This document shows positions 26,258 through 36,890 of a stretch of 64,000 bases of DNA, piece after piece. The stretch comes from Deltaproteobacteria bacterium (lineage in GTDB: Bacteria > Myxococcota_A > Polyangia > Fen-1088). Location: the NCBI GenBank assembly GCA_033763315.1, contig JANRKS010000019.1, positions 224,001-288,000 of the forward strand. The letters are read 5' to 3'. The notes beneath the pieces are model-generated. The model was given only the letters and a program-made list of their open reading frames with translations, did not search any database and had not been told where the DNA came from. The stretch's first letter is position 1, and each line of letters begins with the position of its first letter. A program made the translations under genes and the position numbers.

Positions 26258-27184
26258 GTGAGCAAGGGATCTGGCGACAACCACAACGAACCGACGGCAT
26301 CTGCTTCCTCGGAAGCGCCGTCGCCGAAAGTTCACAAGCCCATCGATCCCGACCACCGCGGTCCGCCGCTCGTCAAAGGCGTGAAATACCGCCGTGTGCT
26401 GCTGAAGCTTTCAGGCGAAGCGCTGATGGGCACCACCGGCTACGGCATCGATCCCCAGATTCTGGGCCAAATGGCCGAAGAGGTGATCGACGTTCACAGC
26501 CTGGGCGTCGAAGTGGCGCTGGTGATTGGTGGCGGCAACATCTTCCGTGGCGTGGCTGCAAGCTCCGTGGGCATGGACCGCGCCCACGCCGATTACATGG
26601 GCATGCTGGCCACGGTGATTAATTCGTTGGCACTGCAAGACGCCCTTGAACAGCGCGGCCTCAAAACGCGTGTGATGAGCGCGCTTGAGATGGAACGCGT
26701 GGCCGAGCCTTACATCCGCCGCCGCGCCATTCGTCACCTGGAAAAGGGGCGTTTGGTGATCTTTGCTGCAGGCACGGGCAACCCGTATTTTTCAACCGAC
26801 ACAGCCGCGGCACTGCGCGCGATGGAAATCGGCGCACAGATCGTCATGAAGGCCACGCGCGTGGACGGCGTCTACGATAAAGACCCCAAGAAGTTCCCCG
26901 ACGCCCGCATGTTCCAACGGCTTACGTACTTGGATGTTTTGAACCGGAACCTCGCGGTGATGGACTCCACGGCGATTTCGTTGTGCCGCGACAACAATTT
27001 GCCCATCTTGGTGTTCAACATGACCAAACCCGGAAACATCCGGCGCGCGGTTTTGGGGGAGCCTTTGGGCACGAAGGTTGTGGAGGAGCGGGCCGGCACC
27101 CGCGTTGAAGAACCAACCACGCACGATCAAGACAAAACCAACCAAGACAAGAGCAACGAGGAGACATCCGGCAATGATCAATGA
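26258..27184 (+). CDS. pyrH: UMP kinase
   Basis: [19 protein letters not shown] and [17 protein letters not shown]. Low-complexity extensions at both ends; start uncertain. Confidence 0.96.
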   Translation: MSKGSGDNHNEPTASASSEAPSPKVHKPIDPDHRGPPLVKGVKYRRVLLKLSGEALMGTTGYGIDPQILGQMAEEVIDVHSLGVEVALVIGGGNIFRGVAASSVGMDRAHADYMGMLATVINSLALQDALEQRGLKTRVMSALEMERVAEPYIRRRAIRHLEKGRLVIFAAGTGNPYFSTDTAAALRAMEIGAQIVMKATRVDGVYDKDPKKFPDARMFQRLTYLDVLNRNLAVMDSTAISLCRDNNLPILVFNMTKPGNIRRAVLGEPLGTKVVEERAGTRVEEPTTHDQDKTNQDKSNEETSGNDQ

Positions 27185-27731
27185 TGTGGTCAAAGAGCTA
27201 GACGGTGCGCTTGCCAAGGGGATCGACGGTTTCAAGAAGGAGCTGACGAAGGTGCGCACGGGTCGTGCGAACACGGCGATCCTCGACGCAGTGAAGGTGG
27301 ATTACTACGGCACGATGACGCCGCTGAACCAGGTGGCATCAATGACCGTGCCTGACGCGCGCATGATCATGATCAAGCCGTGGGAGAAGTCGCTAATCCC
27401 CGAGATCGAGAAATCGATTCGCGCCGCTCAATTGGGCCTGAATCCCAACTCGGATGGCGAAGTGGTGCGTGTGCCTATGCCGCCGTTGACCGAAGAGCGT
27501 CGCCGCGACCTGGTCAAAGTGGTCAAGAAGATGGCCGAAGATGCCAAGGTGGCATTGCGTGGCGCGCGTCGAGACTCGAACGAAATGCTCAAGGAAGCCT
27601 TGAAAGAAAAGGCCATCAGTGAGGACGAAGAGAAGCAGGGCCTCAAACGCGTGCAGGAGGCAACCGACAAAGCGGTCAGCGCTGTGGACGACATCCTGGC
27701 GAAAAAAGAAGCCGAGATCATGGAGATCTGA
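27174..27731 (+). CDS. frr: ribosome recycling factor
   Basis: VRTGRAN, VDYYG and [13 protein letters not shown]. Confidence 0.97.
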   Translation: MINDVVKELDGALAKGIDGFKKELTKVRTGRANTAILDAVKVDYYGTMTPLNQVASMTVPDARMIMIKPWEKSLIPEIEKSIRAAQLGLNPNSDGEVVRVPMPPLTEERRRDLVKVVKKMAEDAKVALRGARRDSNEMLKEALKEKAISEDEEKQGLKRVQEATDKAVSAVDDILAKKEAEIMEI

Positions 27732-27748
27732 GCGTTCTGTCCGACCTT

Positions 27749-27779
27749 GAGATCTGGTTCCGTCGTGGTTCCAGATCTC
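27749..27779. terminator. inverted repeat between convergent frr and LTD genes
   Basis: GAGATCTGG...CCAGATCTC, 9-bp stem. Confidence 0.5.
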
Positions 27780-27799
27780 GATCGGGCCGCCCGCTTCAA

Positions 27800-28195
27800 T
27801 CACTCTGTCGCGATGCCGTTTGGCGCGCTGGCCGAATACACCACACGGGCCACGTCAAGTTGGTTGAGCGTCCAGCGAATGGTTGTGCCGTCGCCGCTCA
27901 GCAGCGGCTCGTGTGAAAATAGGTAGTATGTTTTCAAGCCTGGCTTGTCGGGCAGCGTGCCTTGCGATTTTTTGCCGGGGCTGCCGCTCAAGACCAAGAT
28001 CTTTTCTCCCGGTGCCAGCACAAACCCCGGATCTAGTTGACCGAGAACGGAGCCGCGCTTGCCTTTGCGGGCGACCACAACGTTGAGGCCGGCGGAGCTG
28101 ATGGGGCTGCTGCCGTTGTTGGCCAGCACGAACCACTCTTCGTTGACCTTCTTGCGGTCGCTGGTGGCGTGAACTTCTTCAAAGACGAGAGGCAT
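27800..28195 (-). CDS. stand-alone lamin-tail-domain (LTD)-like protein
   Basis: LVFEEV...NEEWFVLANNGSSPISSAG...FVLAPGEKILVLSG pattern. Confidence 0.6.
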   Translation of the reverse strand: MPLVFEEVHATSDRKKVNEEWFVLANNGSSPISSAGLNVVVARKGKRGSVLGQLDPGFVLAPGEKILVLSGSPGKKSQGTLPDKPGLKTYYLFSHEPLLSGDGTTIRWTLNQLDVARVVYSASAPNGIATE

Positions 28196-28208
28196 GGACC
28201 ACGTCTAT

Positions 28209-28229
28209 AGTCTGAAGCAACTTCAGACT
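28209..28229. promoter_or_regulatory. perfect palindrome (putative operator) in the LTD promoter spacer
   Basis: AGTCTGAAG-CAA-CTTCAGACT, lying between TTGAGT and TATAGA (N17) on the minus strand. Confidence 0.55.
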
Positions 28230-28375
28230 CAACAGTCTTGCAGCAATGACGTTAAACGAACCGCTAAGGTCTGATTCGGGCCTGCGCGGACGCCGCACTC
28301 AGGGTACAAAAGCTGTCGTAGACTTCGGGAGGGCGCTTGTCCCTCGAAAAGACGAAACCTAACCGCGAGCATCGC

Positions 28376-28660
28376 ATGCCAAAATTTAACGTAGAAATCC
28401 CGCACACCCTGGACGCCGCTGCCGCTAAAGCAAGGCTGCAAAAGGCCCAGACCAAGCTTGAGGCTGACTATGGCGCCAAGTGCAGTTGGGCCAGCGAGAA
28501 CGTGATGCAAGTGAGCCGCAAGGGATTAGACGCTCAAGTGAAAATCACAGACTCTGCGTTGCTGGTGGATGTGTCGCTCGGTTTGTTGTTAACGCCGATG
28601 ATGGGCCCCATTCGCGAGGGGATCACGAGCCGCTTGACCAAGCTGGTTACGGAAGGCTGA
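28376..28660 (+). CDS. polyhydroxyalkanoic acid system family protein (PHA_gran_rgn-like)
   Basis: 94 aa with IPHTL...AKARL, YGAKCSW and VDVSLGLLL pattern. Confidence 0.75.
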   Translation: MPKFNVEIPHTLDAAAAKARLQKAQTKLEADYGAKCSWASENVMQVSRKGLDAQVKITDSALLVDVSLGLLLTPMMGPIREGITSRLTKLVTEG

Positions 28661-29588
28661 GAGCGGCCAGTCTCTTCATCCGGGTCACGGCCGCCGCGAG
28701 CTCTTGCGGCTGGGTGTCGGCGCGGCCTGAAACCACAACGACGTCAGGCGGCTTGCCAGCAGCCTGCAGCAGTTTCGTCGTGAGCGGCGTGGGGCCAAGG
28801 CCCGGTGCCAAGTCGTCTCGCAGGCCCACCGCATCAGACGCCAGCACAAAGGGGGCGAGCGCCAGCGCGGTTCTCCGGTCAGCTGTCAGCAGCCCTATCG
28901 TTTCAAGCACGTCCAACCGGGCCGGCACATGCGCTTTGACCAGCGGCCCGCCGCGGAACTCTTCGAGCAGCAGGTCCACTTCGCGTGGGCTCGGAAACTG
29001 CCACGGGCCGATTCCGTGCCCGACGGCGACGCGCACCCCGCGCGCCTCAGCGACGTTGGCCAAGCGTTCGAGCGAATGCCGGGCGGCATCGCAAAGCCGT
29101 TGATCGTGTTCCTTGCGCTCAACTAAAGCCGCCTCCAACAGGGGCCGCGCGGCGACTTTGGATGACCGGTCGCGATCCCACCGCCGCTCGCCGTAGGACT
29201 GTGCAAACAGTTTTGACGGCGCTTTCAGCTTGATGGAGAAGGCATCCAGGAACGCCCAGGTGCAGCCAAACGTTTGTGCACGCGCGAGTGTTTCGTTGGC
29301 CATGTTGATCGCGGCCAAGCGCTCTTCGGCGTCGTCCAAAGAGGCCCAGTGAGGCACACGCCTACCGGACGGCAATGGTTCCGGTGGCAGCGGCAGTTGC
29401 ACCCCCACCAGCGGCAATCCTTGCGCCGCCAACGCCACCGCCGCTTGTTCCAATCCCGTTTGCGGCCAGGGCAGGGCCACGAAGCCTCCGTAGGCCTGTG
29501 CCTTGGCCGCCCAATCGGCAACGTCGGCGGCACCACGCTCTCCATAAGGGCGAACGCGGCTGCTGGCGAGGATCTGCGTGGTGGACAT
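28647..29588 (-). CDS. degenerate TIM-barrel (xylose isomerase/AP-endonuclease 2-like) protein
   Basis: SLDDAEERLAAINMANETL, SLERLANVAEARGVRVAV and DDLAPGLG. Typical metal ligands appear substituted. Confidence 0.5.
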   Translation of the reverse strand: MSTTQILASSRVRPYGERGAADVADWAAKAQAYGGFVALPWPQTGLEQAAVALAAQGLPLVGVQLPLPPEPLPSGRRVPHWASLDDAEERLAAINMANETLARAQTFGCTWAFLDAFSIKLKAPSKLFAQSYGERRWDRDRSSKVAARPLLEAALVERKEHDQRLCDAARHSLERLANVAEARGVRVAVGHGIGPWQFPSPREVDLLLEEFRGGPLVKAHVPARLDVLETIGLLTADRRTALALAPFVLASDAVGLRDDLAPGLGPTPLTTKLLQAAGKPPDVVVVSGRADTQPQELAAAVTRMKRLAALSLP

Positions 29589-29726
29589 GACCTGCCATTG
29601 TGTAACCCCACGAAATTGAACCCACCAGCCAAATCACCGCTTTCATAGCGATTCTTGCCATGCGATAAAGGCGGCCGAACGGCATGGGCCCAACACGTCC
29701 ACGCTGGCGACAATCCGGAGACATAC

Positions 29727-31694
29727 ATGCCAGGTTCTTTTGTGCGTCCGTTAGCTCGCTTGTCCCTGACCCTGGCCACGGTGGCCGCCTCCCTAAGCGC
29801 CCTCGTGGGCCTTGCCCCACAAGCTCAAGCGCAGGAGCTGGCGAAGGCGCCGGTGGATTTGCAGGTGTTTCGGCCTGCCATGGACAGCAAGGGATTCACC
29901 ACCCTGAACGCGTCGCAGATCCTTGCCCCCGGTGACTTTTCCTTCGGCTTGGTGCTTACGTGGGCCCGGCAGCCGCTGTCATTCGAGGCATCCAGCGACC
30001 GCAGTTTCCGCGTTCAGAACCTCGTCACCCCGACGTTGTTTGGTGCCGTAGGCGTGGTCAGCAGCAAGCAGGTGGGCCTCGAATTGGGGCTCTCGGTTCC
30101 GCTTGGCATCATGTCCGGCAAAGCGGCGCCCGAAGATCCGAAAGAGGCTGGCTCAAACGACGACGAGCTGTTCAAGTTCGAGGGCCAAGGCTTGGGCGAC
30201 ATTGGCGTGCATCCGAAGCTGCGCTTGTCGAACGCTAGCCGCAACAAGATCGGCTTCGCGCTGATTCCTTCGATTTATTTGCCCACCGGCAACAAAGAAC
30301 GGTTCCTGGGCGAAGGCAAAGTGATCATCCAGCCTACGGCGGTGATCGATAGCGAGTTCGGCAAAAGCGGCCGCTTCCGCATCGGCCTTAACGCCGGCGC
30401 GCGCATCCGAACCTCGAACTCTGAATTCATCGACAACCCCGCCACCTTCACCCACAGCATCGGCGGCATGAATCAAAACACCGGCAAGGGCATTCGTCTC
30501 GGCAACGAGCTTTTGGGCGGCGTCGGCGTGTCTTTCGCGGTGGTGCCCGAGAAGTTCGATTTGGTGGGCGAGGTTTACGGGCAATACGGCCTGGCCTCCA
30601 AGCTCATTGATGGCCCCAACACGTCGAATCTGAAACCTTTGGCTGAAGCGATCGCGGGCATCAAGCTCTACATGGCGCGCAACTCGTTCTTCCAAGCGGG
30701 TGGCGGCTGGGGGATCTTGCAGTCCTACGGCGCCGCCGAGCGCGGACGCATCTATGTGGGCTTCATCTTCGAGCCTTCCATCGGCGATCGCGACCGCGAT
30801 GGCTACAAGGACGACGTGGACCAATGTCCCGACGATCCCGAAGATTTCGATGATTTCGAGGATGAAGATGGCTGCCCCGATCCCGATAACGATCAGGACG
30901 GCATCCTCGACGAAGACGATCAGTGCCCCAACGATCCTGAAACCAAGAACGGTTACAAGGACGAAGATGGCTGCCCCGATGACCAGAACAGCGATCGGGA
31001 TGGCGATGGCATTCCAGACGACGAAGACCAATGCCCAGACGATCCTGAAGACAAAGACGGCTTCGAAGACAAAGACGGCTGCCCCGATCCCGACAACGAC
31101 AAGGATGGCATCCTCGACGTAGATGATTTGTGCCCGAACGATCCCGAAGACAAAGACGGCTTCGAAGACACGGACGGTTGCCCCGATCTCGACAACGACA
31201 AAGATCGCATCCTCGACAAGGACGACAAGTGCCCGAACGAGCCCGAGACCTACAACGGCACGGAGGACGAAGATGGTTGCCCCGATAAGGGCCGCGTCAT
31301 CGTCCGCAAGGGCAAGCTGGAAATCTTGGACAAGATCTACTTCGAGACCGACAGCGACGTGATCAAGGACATCTCGTTCCCGTTGATCGACGCCATCGCC
31401 GCCACGCTCAACGGCAACCCACAGATCGAGATGATCGAGATCCAAGGGCACGCCGATGAACGTGGTGACGACGCGCATAACTTGGATCTCACGGAGCGCC
31501 GCACGGCTTCGGTCAAGCGCGCGCTTGAACAACGCAAGGTGGATGGCCTACGTTTGACGTCACATGGCTATGGCGAAACCAAGCCGATCTGCCGCGAACA
31601 CAACGAAGCCTGCTGGAGCCAAAACCGGCGTGTGGAATTCGTGATTCTCAAGCGCGCGGACGACTACAAGCTGCAGGGCACCGAAGGCCAATAA
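29727..31694 (+). CDS. outer-membrane beta-barrel + TSP3 repeats + OmpA C-terminal domain (TraB-like architecture)
   Basis: Signal peptide (AQA-Q), amphipathic beta strands, DxDxDG...DQCP...ED.DG..D.DGCP repeats, then IYFETDS, QGHADERG and NRRVEF. Confidence 0.9.
   Translation: MPGSFVRPLARLSLTLATVAASLSALVGLAPQAQAQELAKAPVDLQVFRPAMDSKGFTTLNASQILAPGDFSFGLVLTWARQPLSFEASSDRSFRVQNLVTPTLFGAVGVVSSKQVGLELGLSVPLGIMSGKAAPEDPKEAGSNDDELFKFEGQGLGDIGVHPKLRLSNASRNKIGFALIPSIYLPTGNKERFLGEGKVIIQPTAVIDSEFGKSGRFRIGLNAGARIRTSNSEFIDNPATFTHSIGGMNQNTGKGIRLGNELLGGVGVSFAVVPEKFDLVGEVYGQYGLASKLIDGPNTSNLKPLAEAIAGIKLYMARNSFFQAGGGWGILQSYGAAERGRIYVGFIFEPSIGDRDRDGYKDDVDQCPDDPEDFDDFEDEDGCPDPDNDQDGILDEDDQCPNDPETKNGYKDEDGCPDDQNSDRDGDGIPDDEDQCPDDPEDKDGFEDKDGCPDPDNDKDGILDVDDLCPNDPEDKDGFEDTDGCPDLDNDKDRILDKDDKCPNEPETYNGTEDEDGCPDKGRVIVRKGKLEILDKIYFETDSDVIKDISFPLIDAIAATLNGNPQIEMIEIQGHADERGDDAHNLDLTERRTASVKRALEQRKVDGLRLTSHGYGETKPICREHNEACWSQNRRVEFVILKRADDYKLQGTEGQ
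30786..31290 (+). repeat. tandem thrombospondin type 3 (Ca-binding) repeats
   Basis: About five ~33-aa units, e.g. DNDKDGILDVDDLCPNDPEDKDGFEDTDGCPD, also visible as DNA repeats. Confidence 0.9.
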
Positions 31695-31883
31695 GGCGGC
31701 CTTCCGGGCACATCAGCAGGTGCATGCGGGACACGCGAGAAGGGCAGTAGGCGAAGGTATGGACGCCTCCTCCCTTTCTCGCGGAACCCCCGGCAAATGC
31801 AGGCGAAAGGCTTGACTCGTGCCTTCGGTGAGCTAGATACCGACGGCGCTCGACGGGCGCAGGGTTCGGCATTGCCCAAGGTC

Positions 31884-33746
31884 TTGACTCAACTCCCACG
31901 GGGAAAAATCGACGAGGTCAGGGACCGGACCAACATCTCGGAGGTCATCGGAAGGCATGTGGAGCTCAAGCGTGCGGGTACCGGAAGCTGGATGGGGCTA
32001 TGTCCCTTCCACGCCGAGAAGTCTCCCTCTTTTCACGTCAACGAGCAGCGGCAGTACTTTTACTGCTTCGGATGCGGAGCCAAAGGCGACGTGTTTACCT
32101 TTCTCCAGCAAATAGAACAGCAGTCGTTCGTCGAAGTTCTACGCGAGCTGGCCCAACAGGCTGGTGTGGAGTTGCCCGAAGATCGTCTGTCGCCCGCCGA
32201 GCGCCAGGCCCAGGCCGAAGCGGAATCCGAGCGCAGCCGCATGCTGCGGGCGATGGATTTGGCGGTCGGTTTTTTCGAGAAGCAGCTTACAGGTTCTGAA
32301 GGCGCCGCTGCTCGGGCGTATTTGCAAAGCCGTGGCTTGTCGCAGGAAACGGCCACGCGTTTTCGCGTGGGTTACGCGCCGTCGCGGTTCAACGCACTCA
32401 TCGAATTTTTCAACGAGCAGCACATCCCGTTGGCCGTGGCCGAACGCATCGGCCTCGTGGGGCGCAATGAACGGGGCAACTATGACTTCTTCCGTGATCG
32501 CGTGATGCTGCCCGTGCTGGATCGACAGCGCCGGCCCGTGGGGTTTTCGTCGCGTTTGATGGATCCCGACGCGAAAGAACGCAAGTACGTTAACTCGCCA
32601 GATACACCGCTTTTTCACAAGAAAGAGCAGCTTTACGGTTTGCACGCCGCTTTGGATGGCATTCGCCGCAGTGAAACCGCTGTGTTGGTTGAAGGCAATT
32701 TCGATGTGATGTCGCTGCACGATGTGGGCATCACAAATGCCGTGGCGCCCATGGGCACCGCTTTGACGGCGGAACAGGTGCAGATCTTGGGCCGCGTGGC
32801 GCGCAAGGTTGTGGTGATCTTCGATGGGGACGCCGCCGGAGAGCGCGCGTCGCGACGGGCTTTGCCGCTGTTTCTGCAAGCGGATGTGGATGGTCGCGTG
32901 GCGCGTCTGCCGGGTGGCGTGGATCCCGACGATTTCGTGCGCAATCTGGCCAAGGAATTAGGCGCTGAAAAGGCGAAGGAAGCGTTTCAGCGCGTGATCG
33001 ATGCGGCCCGTCCGATGGTCGAGCAGTACATTGACATCGTGGCCATGGAGGCTGACGCCTCTGTTCCCGGGCGAGTGGCGGCGCTTGAACAAGCGGCCGA
33101 CGTTCTGGCGCAGGTTCGTAACCCCACGGCGCGTGAGCTCTACGCAGGCCGCCTGGGCGCAGCTTTGGGCGTCGATGGTGGCCAGGTCGCGCGCGCCCTG
33201 AGGGCGGCCGTAAATCAACAGCGCCGCCGCCAAGACATGCGCGACGACAACGTGGGCACGCCGATGGTGGCACCAAAGCCCGATGTCACGGTCGCGCCAA
33301 GGCATGTCCCAGCGCTTGAGCTTGAAGTTCTCGCGTTGCTCATCAACCGCCCCGATCTCGCCGCCACGCCCACCGCGCGACGTGCTCCTGCTTTGTTCGT
33401 GGACGCCGACTTACGGCAGTACGTAACGTCACTGCTTGAATCCGTGACGCCCGACGCGCAGCTGCGGGTCGATGTTCCCGCGTGGCTTGATGCCGGGCCG
33501 GAAGGCGTGCGGCCGCAGGTGGCTCGCGCGGTCACGGACGGGGCGCGTTATCGCACCTTGGAGCGGGCCGATCATGCGCTTTCTGAAATGATCGGCAAGC
33601 TTGAGCTCGTGCACGTTGAGTCTGAAGTCGCTATGGTTGCAAGCCAGCTTAAAGAAGCCCTTGCGCAAGGTGACGAGGCCAAGGTGCACGCTTTGACGCT
33701 TCGCCAATTCGAGTTAGTTCGACAAAAAAAACAACCGCTGCATTAA
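31884..33746 (+). CDS. dnaG: DNA primase
   Basis: [11 protein letters not shown]...CFGC zinc finger, [21 protein letters not shown] and FDGDAAG. TTG start approximate. Confidence 0.97.
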   Translation: MTQLPRGKIDEVRDRTNISEVIGRHVELKRAGTGSWMGLCPFHAEKSPSFHVNEQRQYFYCFGCGAKGDVFTFLQQIEQQSFVEVLRELAQQAGVELPEDRLSPAERQAQAEAESERSRMLRAMDLAVGFFEKQLTGSEGAAARAYLQSRGLSQETATRFRVGYAPSRFNALIEFFNEQHIPLAVAERIGLVGRNERGNYDFFRDRVMLPVLDRQRRPVGFSSRLMDPDAKERKYVNSPDTPLFHKKEQLYGLHAALDGIRRSETAVLVEGNFDVMSLHDVGITNAVAPMGTALTAEQVQILGRVARKVVVIFDGDAAGERASRRALPLFLQADVDGRVARLPGGVDPDDFVRNLAKELGAEKAKEAFQRVIDAARPMVEQYIDIVAMEADASVPGRVAALEQAADVLAQVRNPTARELYAGRLGAALGVDGGQVARALRAAVNQQRRRQDMRDDNVGTPMVAPKPDVTVAPRHVPALELEVLALLINRPDLAATPTARRAPALFVDADLRQYVTSLLESVTPDAQLRVDVPAWLDAGPEGVRPQVARAVTDGARYRTLERADHALSEMIGKLELVHVESEVAMVASQLKEALAQGDEAKVHALTLRQFELVRQKKQPLH

Positions 33747-33765
33747 GCCACCCCACGCCACTGAG

Positions 33766-35649
33766 ATGACCATGATCGACATGCTCGACGATGACGCCGA
33801 CGATTTGAATGACGAACCTGGCGAACCTGAAGTGGTTGCCGCCGCGCCCAAACCGGGACGCAAGAAGCGCGCTGGCACAGGCGGCGACGATGGCGATGTG
33901 GAGCGCAAGAAGCGCGAACTCATCACCATGGGCAAGGCGAAGGGTTACCTCACATACGAGGAAGTCAACGACCACATGCCTGAAAGCATCGTGTCGTCCG
34001 ACCAAATCGATGATTGGCTTTCTGCCCTGGGCGGTGAAGGCATCGAGATCGTCGAGAACAGTGCCAGTTCCACCAAGGGTGGCGATCGCGGGCTTCCCGA
34101 GGAAGAGCCTGAAGCCGAAGCAGAAGCGCGCGAAGAAGCTGAAGAGGACGAAGAGTTCTCGAAGAGCAACGACCCCGTGCGCATGTACCTGCGCAAGATG
34201 GGCTCAGTGTCGCTTTTGACCCGCGAAGGCGAAGTTGAGATCGCCAAGCGCATCGAAGACGGCGAACGGCGCGTGCTGCAGGTTGTGTTGAGTTCGCCGG
34301 TGGCGATCAACGAGATCATCGACTTGGCCGAGAAGCTGCGCAAGCAGAAGATCCGGGTCAAAGAGGTCGTCAAAGACGCGGACGAAGAGGCCGAAGACTA
34401 CGACGAGCAGTTCCACATCGAACGCGTCTGCAAGGTCATCGACAAGGTTAAGAAGCACCAGCGCGAGATCGAGAAGCTGTTTGAAAAGGATGGCGACGGC
34501 AAGCTGCCATCCGAAGCCACGAAGAAGAAGCTCAAAAGCCAGGTCGACAAGCACAAGAACGAGATGTTCGAAGCGCTGCACGACCTGCGCATGAACAAAA
34601 AGCAGATCGACCGCATCGTCAATGTGCTCAAGAGCTTCGTGAGCCGCATCGAAACGGCGAACCGCGAAGTGGCCGAATGCGAGCGTCGTTCGGGCATGCC
34701 GATCAAGGAGCTGCGCAAAACGCTCAAAGAGCAGCGCTCGTCAGACGTGCGCAAGAAGGCGGTGGCCAAGAAGCTGGGCCTGCGTGCCGAAGAGCTGGAA
34801 GAGATGTCGCGCGTGATCTTGAACGCGCAGAAGAAGGTCAAGACCGTTGAAGAAGAAACGGGCCTTGAAGAAAACGTTCTTCGTCACACCGTGCGCGAAA
34901 TCGAAGACGGTGAACGCAACGCCGAGTTGGCGAAAGCCGAATTGGTTGAAGCGAATCTTCGTTTGGTGGTTTCAATCGCCAAGAAGTACACGAACCGCGG
35001 CTTGCAGTTCTTGGATCTGATTCAAGAGGGCAACATCGGCTTGATGAAGGCCGTTGATAAGTTCGAGTATAAGCGCGGCTATAAATTCTCCACCTACGCC
35101 ACGTGGTGGATTCGCCAGGCGATCACACGCGCGATCGCCGATCAGGCCCGCACGATCCGCATCCCCGTACATATGATCGAAACGATCAACAAGCTGATTC
35201 GCACCAGCCGCTACTTGGTGCAAGAGCTTGGCCGCGAGCCCACGCCGGAAGAGATCGCGGACAAGATGGAATTGCCGATCGATAAGGTCCGCAAGGTGCT
35301 CAAGATCGCGAAAGAACCGATCTCGTTGGAAACGCCGATCGGCGAAGAAGAAGATTCACACTTGGGCGATTTCATCGAAGACAAGAGCGTGATCTCGCCG
35401 TCAGACGCCGTGATCTCGATGAACCTGGCGGAACAAACGCGTCGCGTTTTGGCCACGCTCACGCCGCGCGAAGAGAAGGTGTTGCGCATGCGCTTTGGCA
35501 TTGGCGAAAAGAGCGACCACACTTTGGAAGAGGTGGGCCAAGACTTTGAGGTTACGCGTGAGCGTATCCGCCAAATTGAAGCCAAGGCTTTGCGCAAGTT
35601 GCGGCATCCGTCGCGCAGCAAGCGTCTCAAGAGCTTCATGGAAGGCTAG
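33766..35649 (+). CDS. rpoD: RNA polymerase primary sigma factor
   Basis: Region 1.1, [37 protein letters not shown] and [14 protein letters not shown]. Confidence 0.98.
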   Translation: MTMIDMLDDDADDLNDEPGEPEVVAAAPKPGRKKRAGTGGDDGDVERKKRELITMGKAKGYLTYEEVNDHMPESIVSSDQIDDWLSALGGEGIEIVENSASSTKGGDRGLPEEEPEAEAEAREEAEEDEEFSKSNDPVRMYLRKMGSVSLLTREGEVEIAKRIEDGERRVLQVVLSSPVAINEIIDLAEKLRKQKIRVKEVVKDADEEAEDYDEQFHIERVCKVIDKVKKHQREIEKLFEKDGDGKLPSEATKKKLKSQVDKHKNEMFEALHDLRMNKKQIDRIVNVLKSFVSRIETANREVAECERRSGMPIKELRKTLKEQRSSDVRKKAVAKKLGLRAEELEEMSRVILNAQKKVKTVEEETGLEENVLRHTVREIEDGERNAELAKAELVEANLRLVVSIAKKYTNRGLQFLDLIQEGNIGLMKAVDKFEYKRGYKFSTYATWWIRQAITRAIADQARTIRIPVHMIETINKLIRTSRYLVQELGREPTPEEIADKMELPIDKVRKVLKIAKEPISLETPIGEEEDSHLGDFIEDKSVISPSDAVISMNLAEQTRRVLATLTPREEKVLRMRFGIGEKSDHTLEEVGQDFEVTRERIRQIEAKALRKLRHPSRSKRLKSFMEG

Positions 35650-35659
35650 CGGAGCCTCT

Positions 35660-36196
35660 GTGGACCGCCGTTATGCGGTGACCGTGGCGGGGCAACAGCT
35701 CCTGGTGAGCGTGCGCTCCGCCGGGAGCGACGCATACGATGTCACGGTGGCAGATGCGCCTGCCGTTCGGGTGCAACGCCGCGACCTTGGCCAGACCAGC
35801 AGCACCCGCTGGTCATGGCAAGGGGAGGGCGGCCTTGTGCGCGCCACGGTCGATAAGTTGGGCGCCGATCTTTCCGTGGCACTCAAAGGCCTCGACGTTG
35901 TGGCCAAGGTGGAGGACGGTCGCAAAGCGCTGCTGCAGTCTTTGGGCTTGGCGCAGCCGCGAGGTCCCTCGGGGCCGCTGTCGCTGCGCACGCAGATTCC
36001 CGGGCGCGTCGTGAAGGTGCTCGTGGCGTTGGGTGCCACCGTGCAAGAGGGGCAGCCCCTGGTCGTGGTGGAGGCGATGAAGATGGAAAACGAAACGCGC
36101 GCGCCCCGGTCGGGTGTTGTGGCCGAATTGCCCTTGGCCGAAGGCACCACCGTTGAAGCGGGCGCCTGCTTGATCGTGCTTGCGCCTATGCCGTGA
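35660..36196 (+). CDS. biotin carboxyl carrier protein
   Basis: IPGRVVKV...EAMKMENE biotinylation motif. Confidence 0.88.
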   Translation: MDRRYAVTVAGQQLLVSVRSAGSDAYDVTVADAPAVRVQRRDLGQTSSTRWSWQGEGGLVRATVDKLGADLSVALKGLDVVAKVEDGRKALLQSLGLAQPRGPSGPLSLRTQIPGRVVKVLVALGATVQEGQPLVVVEAMKMENETRAPRSGVVAELPLAEGTTVEAGACLIVLAPMP

Positions 36197-36890
36197 CGGA
36201 TTCGGGACGCGTGAGCGCCGAAATCACAGCGCCACGCAGATCGGAAAAAGTCGGCGGGTTGTCGAGGGCCGCGACGGCACCCAATTCATCGCCACGGCGG
36301 CGGCTGGCGTGGCTGTGGCCAAGCGCAATCAAGGGAACGGGCTGCTCGCCTTCAAGCACGCGGCTCACAACCTCTTCGCTGTCCAACCAATCCAGGTTCA
36401 CCACGGCGAGATCGAAGGTCTTGTTTTCCTGCGGGTAGAAGGCGTCGTCCACGTCAACCACGTGGCACGAAACGATTGCCGCCAGGTGGCGCTTGACCAC
36501 CGCACGCGTGCGGTCTTGACCAGGGCCCAGCGCCAACAGCACCGTGATGCCCGCAAACTTGGACGCCATTTCATCCACAAGCAAGCCGTAGCTTTCTTCG
36601 GGCGTATCCACTTCGATGCCCATGCCCGGGGGCTCGCTTCCGGCGGCCTCGTGGCGCACCCAAGCGACGACGCCTGACAGCTCGATGGTTTGCTGCTCGG
36701 GCGTTAACAGTTTCAAGTTGATGCGATCGCCTGGAGGCAGTGGCGTCGAAGTTTCAATGAACAACCCGCCCTTAGACAGGTTCACTGAATATGAAACTAA
36801 AAACGCTCCGGCAGACCGATAACGAATCTCCAGAGCAACCCGGATGCGTTCGTTCTTACGTGCGTGTTGTTTTTCGGTTGGTTGGGTCAT
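36186..36890 (-). CDS. TIGR02266-type PilZ domain protein with degenerate receiver-like C-terminus
   Basis: RKNERI (RxxxR), NLSKGGLFI, GVVAWVR and PPGMGIE. Confidence 0.82.
   Translation of the reverse strand: MTQPTEKQHARKNERIRVALEIRYRSAGAFLVSYSVNLSKGGLFIETSTPLPPGDRINLKLLTPEQQTIELSGVVAWVRHEAAGSEPPGMGIEVDTPEESYGLLVDEMASKFAGITVLLALGPGQDRTRAVVKRHLAAIVSCHVVDVDDAFYPQENKTFDLAVVNLDWLDSEEVVSRVLEGEQPVPLIALGHSHASRRRGDELGAVAALDNPPTFSDLRGAVISALTRPESVTA

Noticed and set aside
30786-31290. DNA tandem repeats resembling an array
   Set aside because: In-frame, degenerate coding repeats with no unique spacers and no cas genes; not CRISPR.
30153-31532. 459-aa hydrophobic repetitive ORF on the minus strand
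   Set aside because: Mirror of the Asp-rich TSP3 repeats (GAC/GAT read as Val/Ile); not a real membrane protein.
31734-31783. Long imperfect hairpin before dnaG
   Set aside because: Most simply a 3' stabiliser or terminator of the OmpA gene; no recognisable riboswitch or ncRNA consensus.
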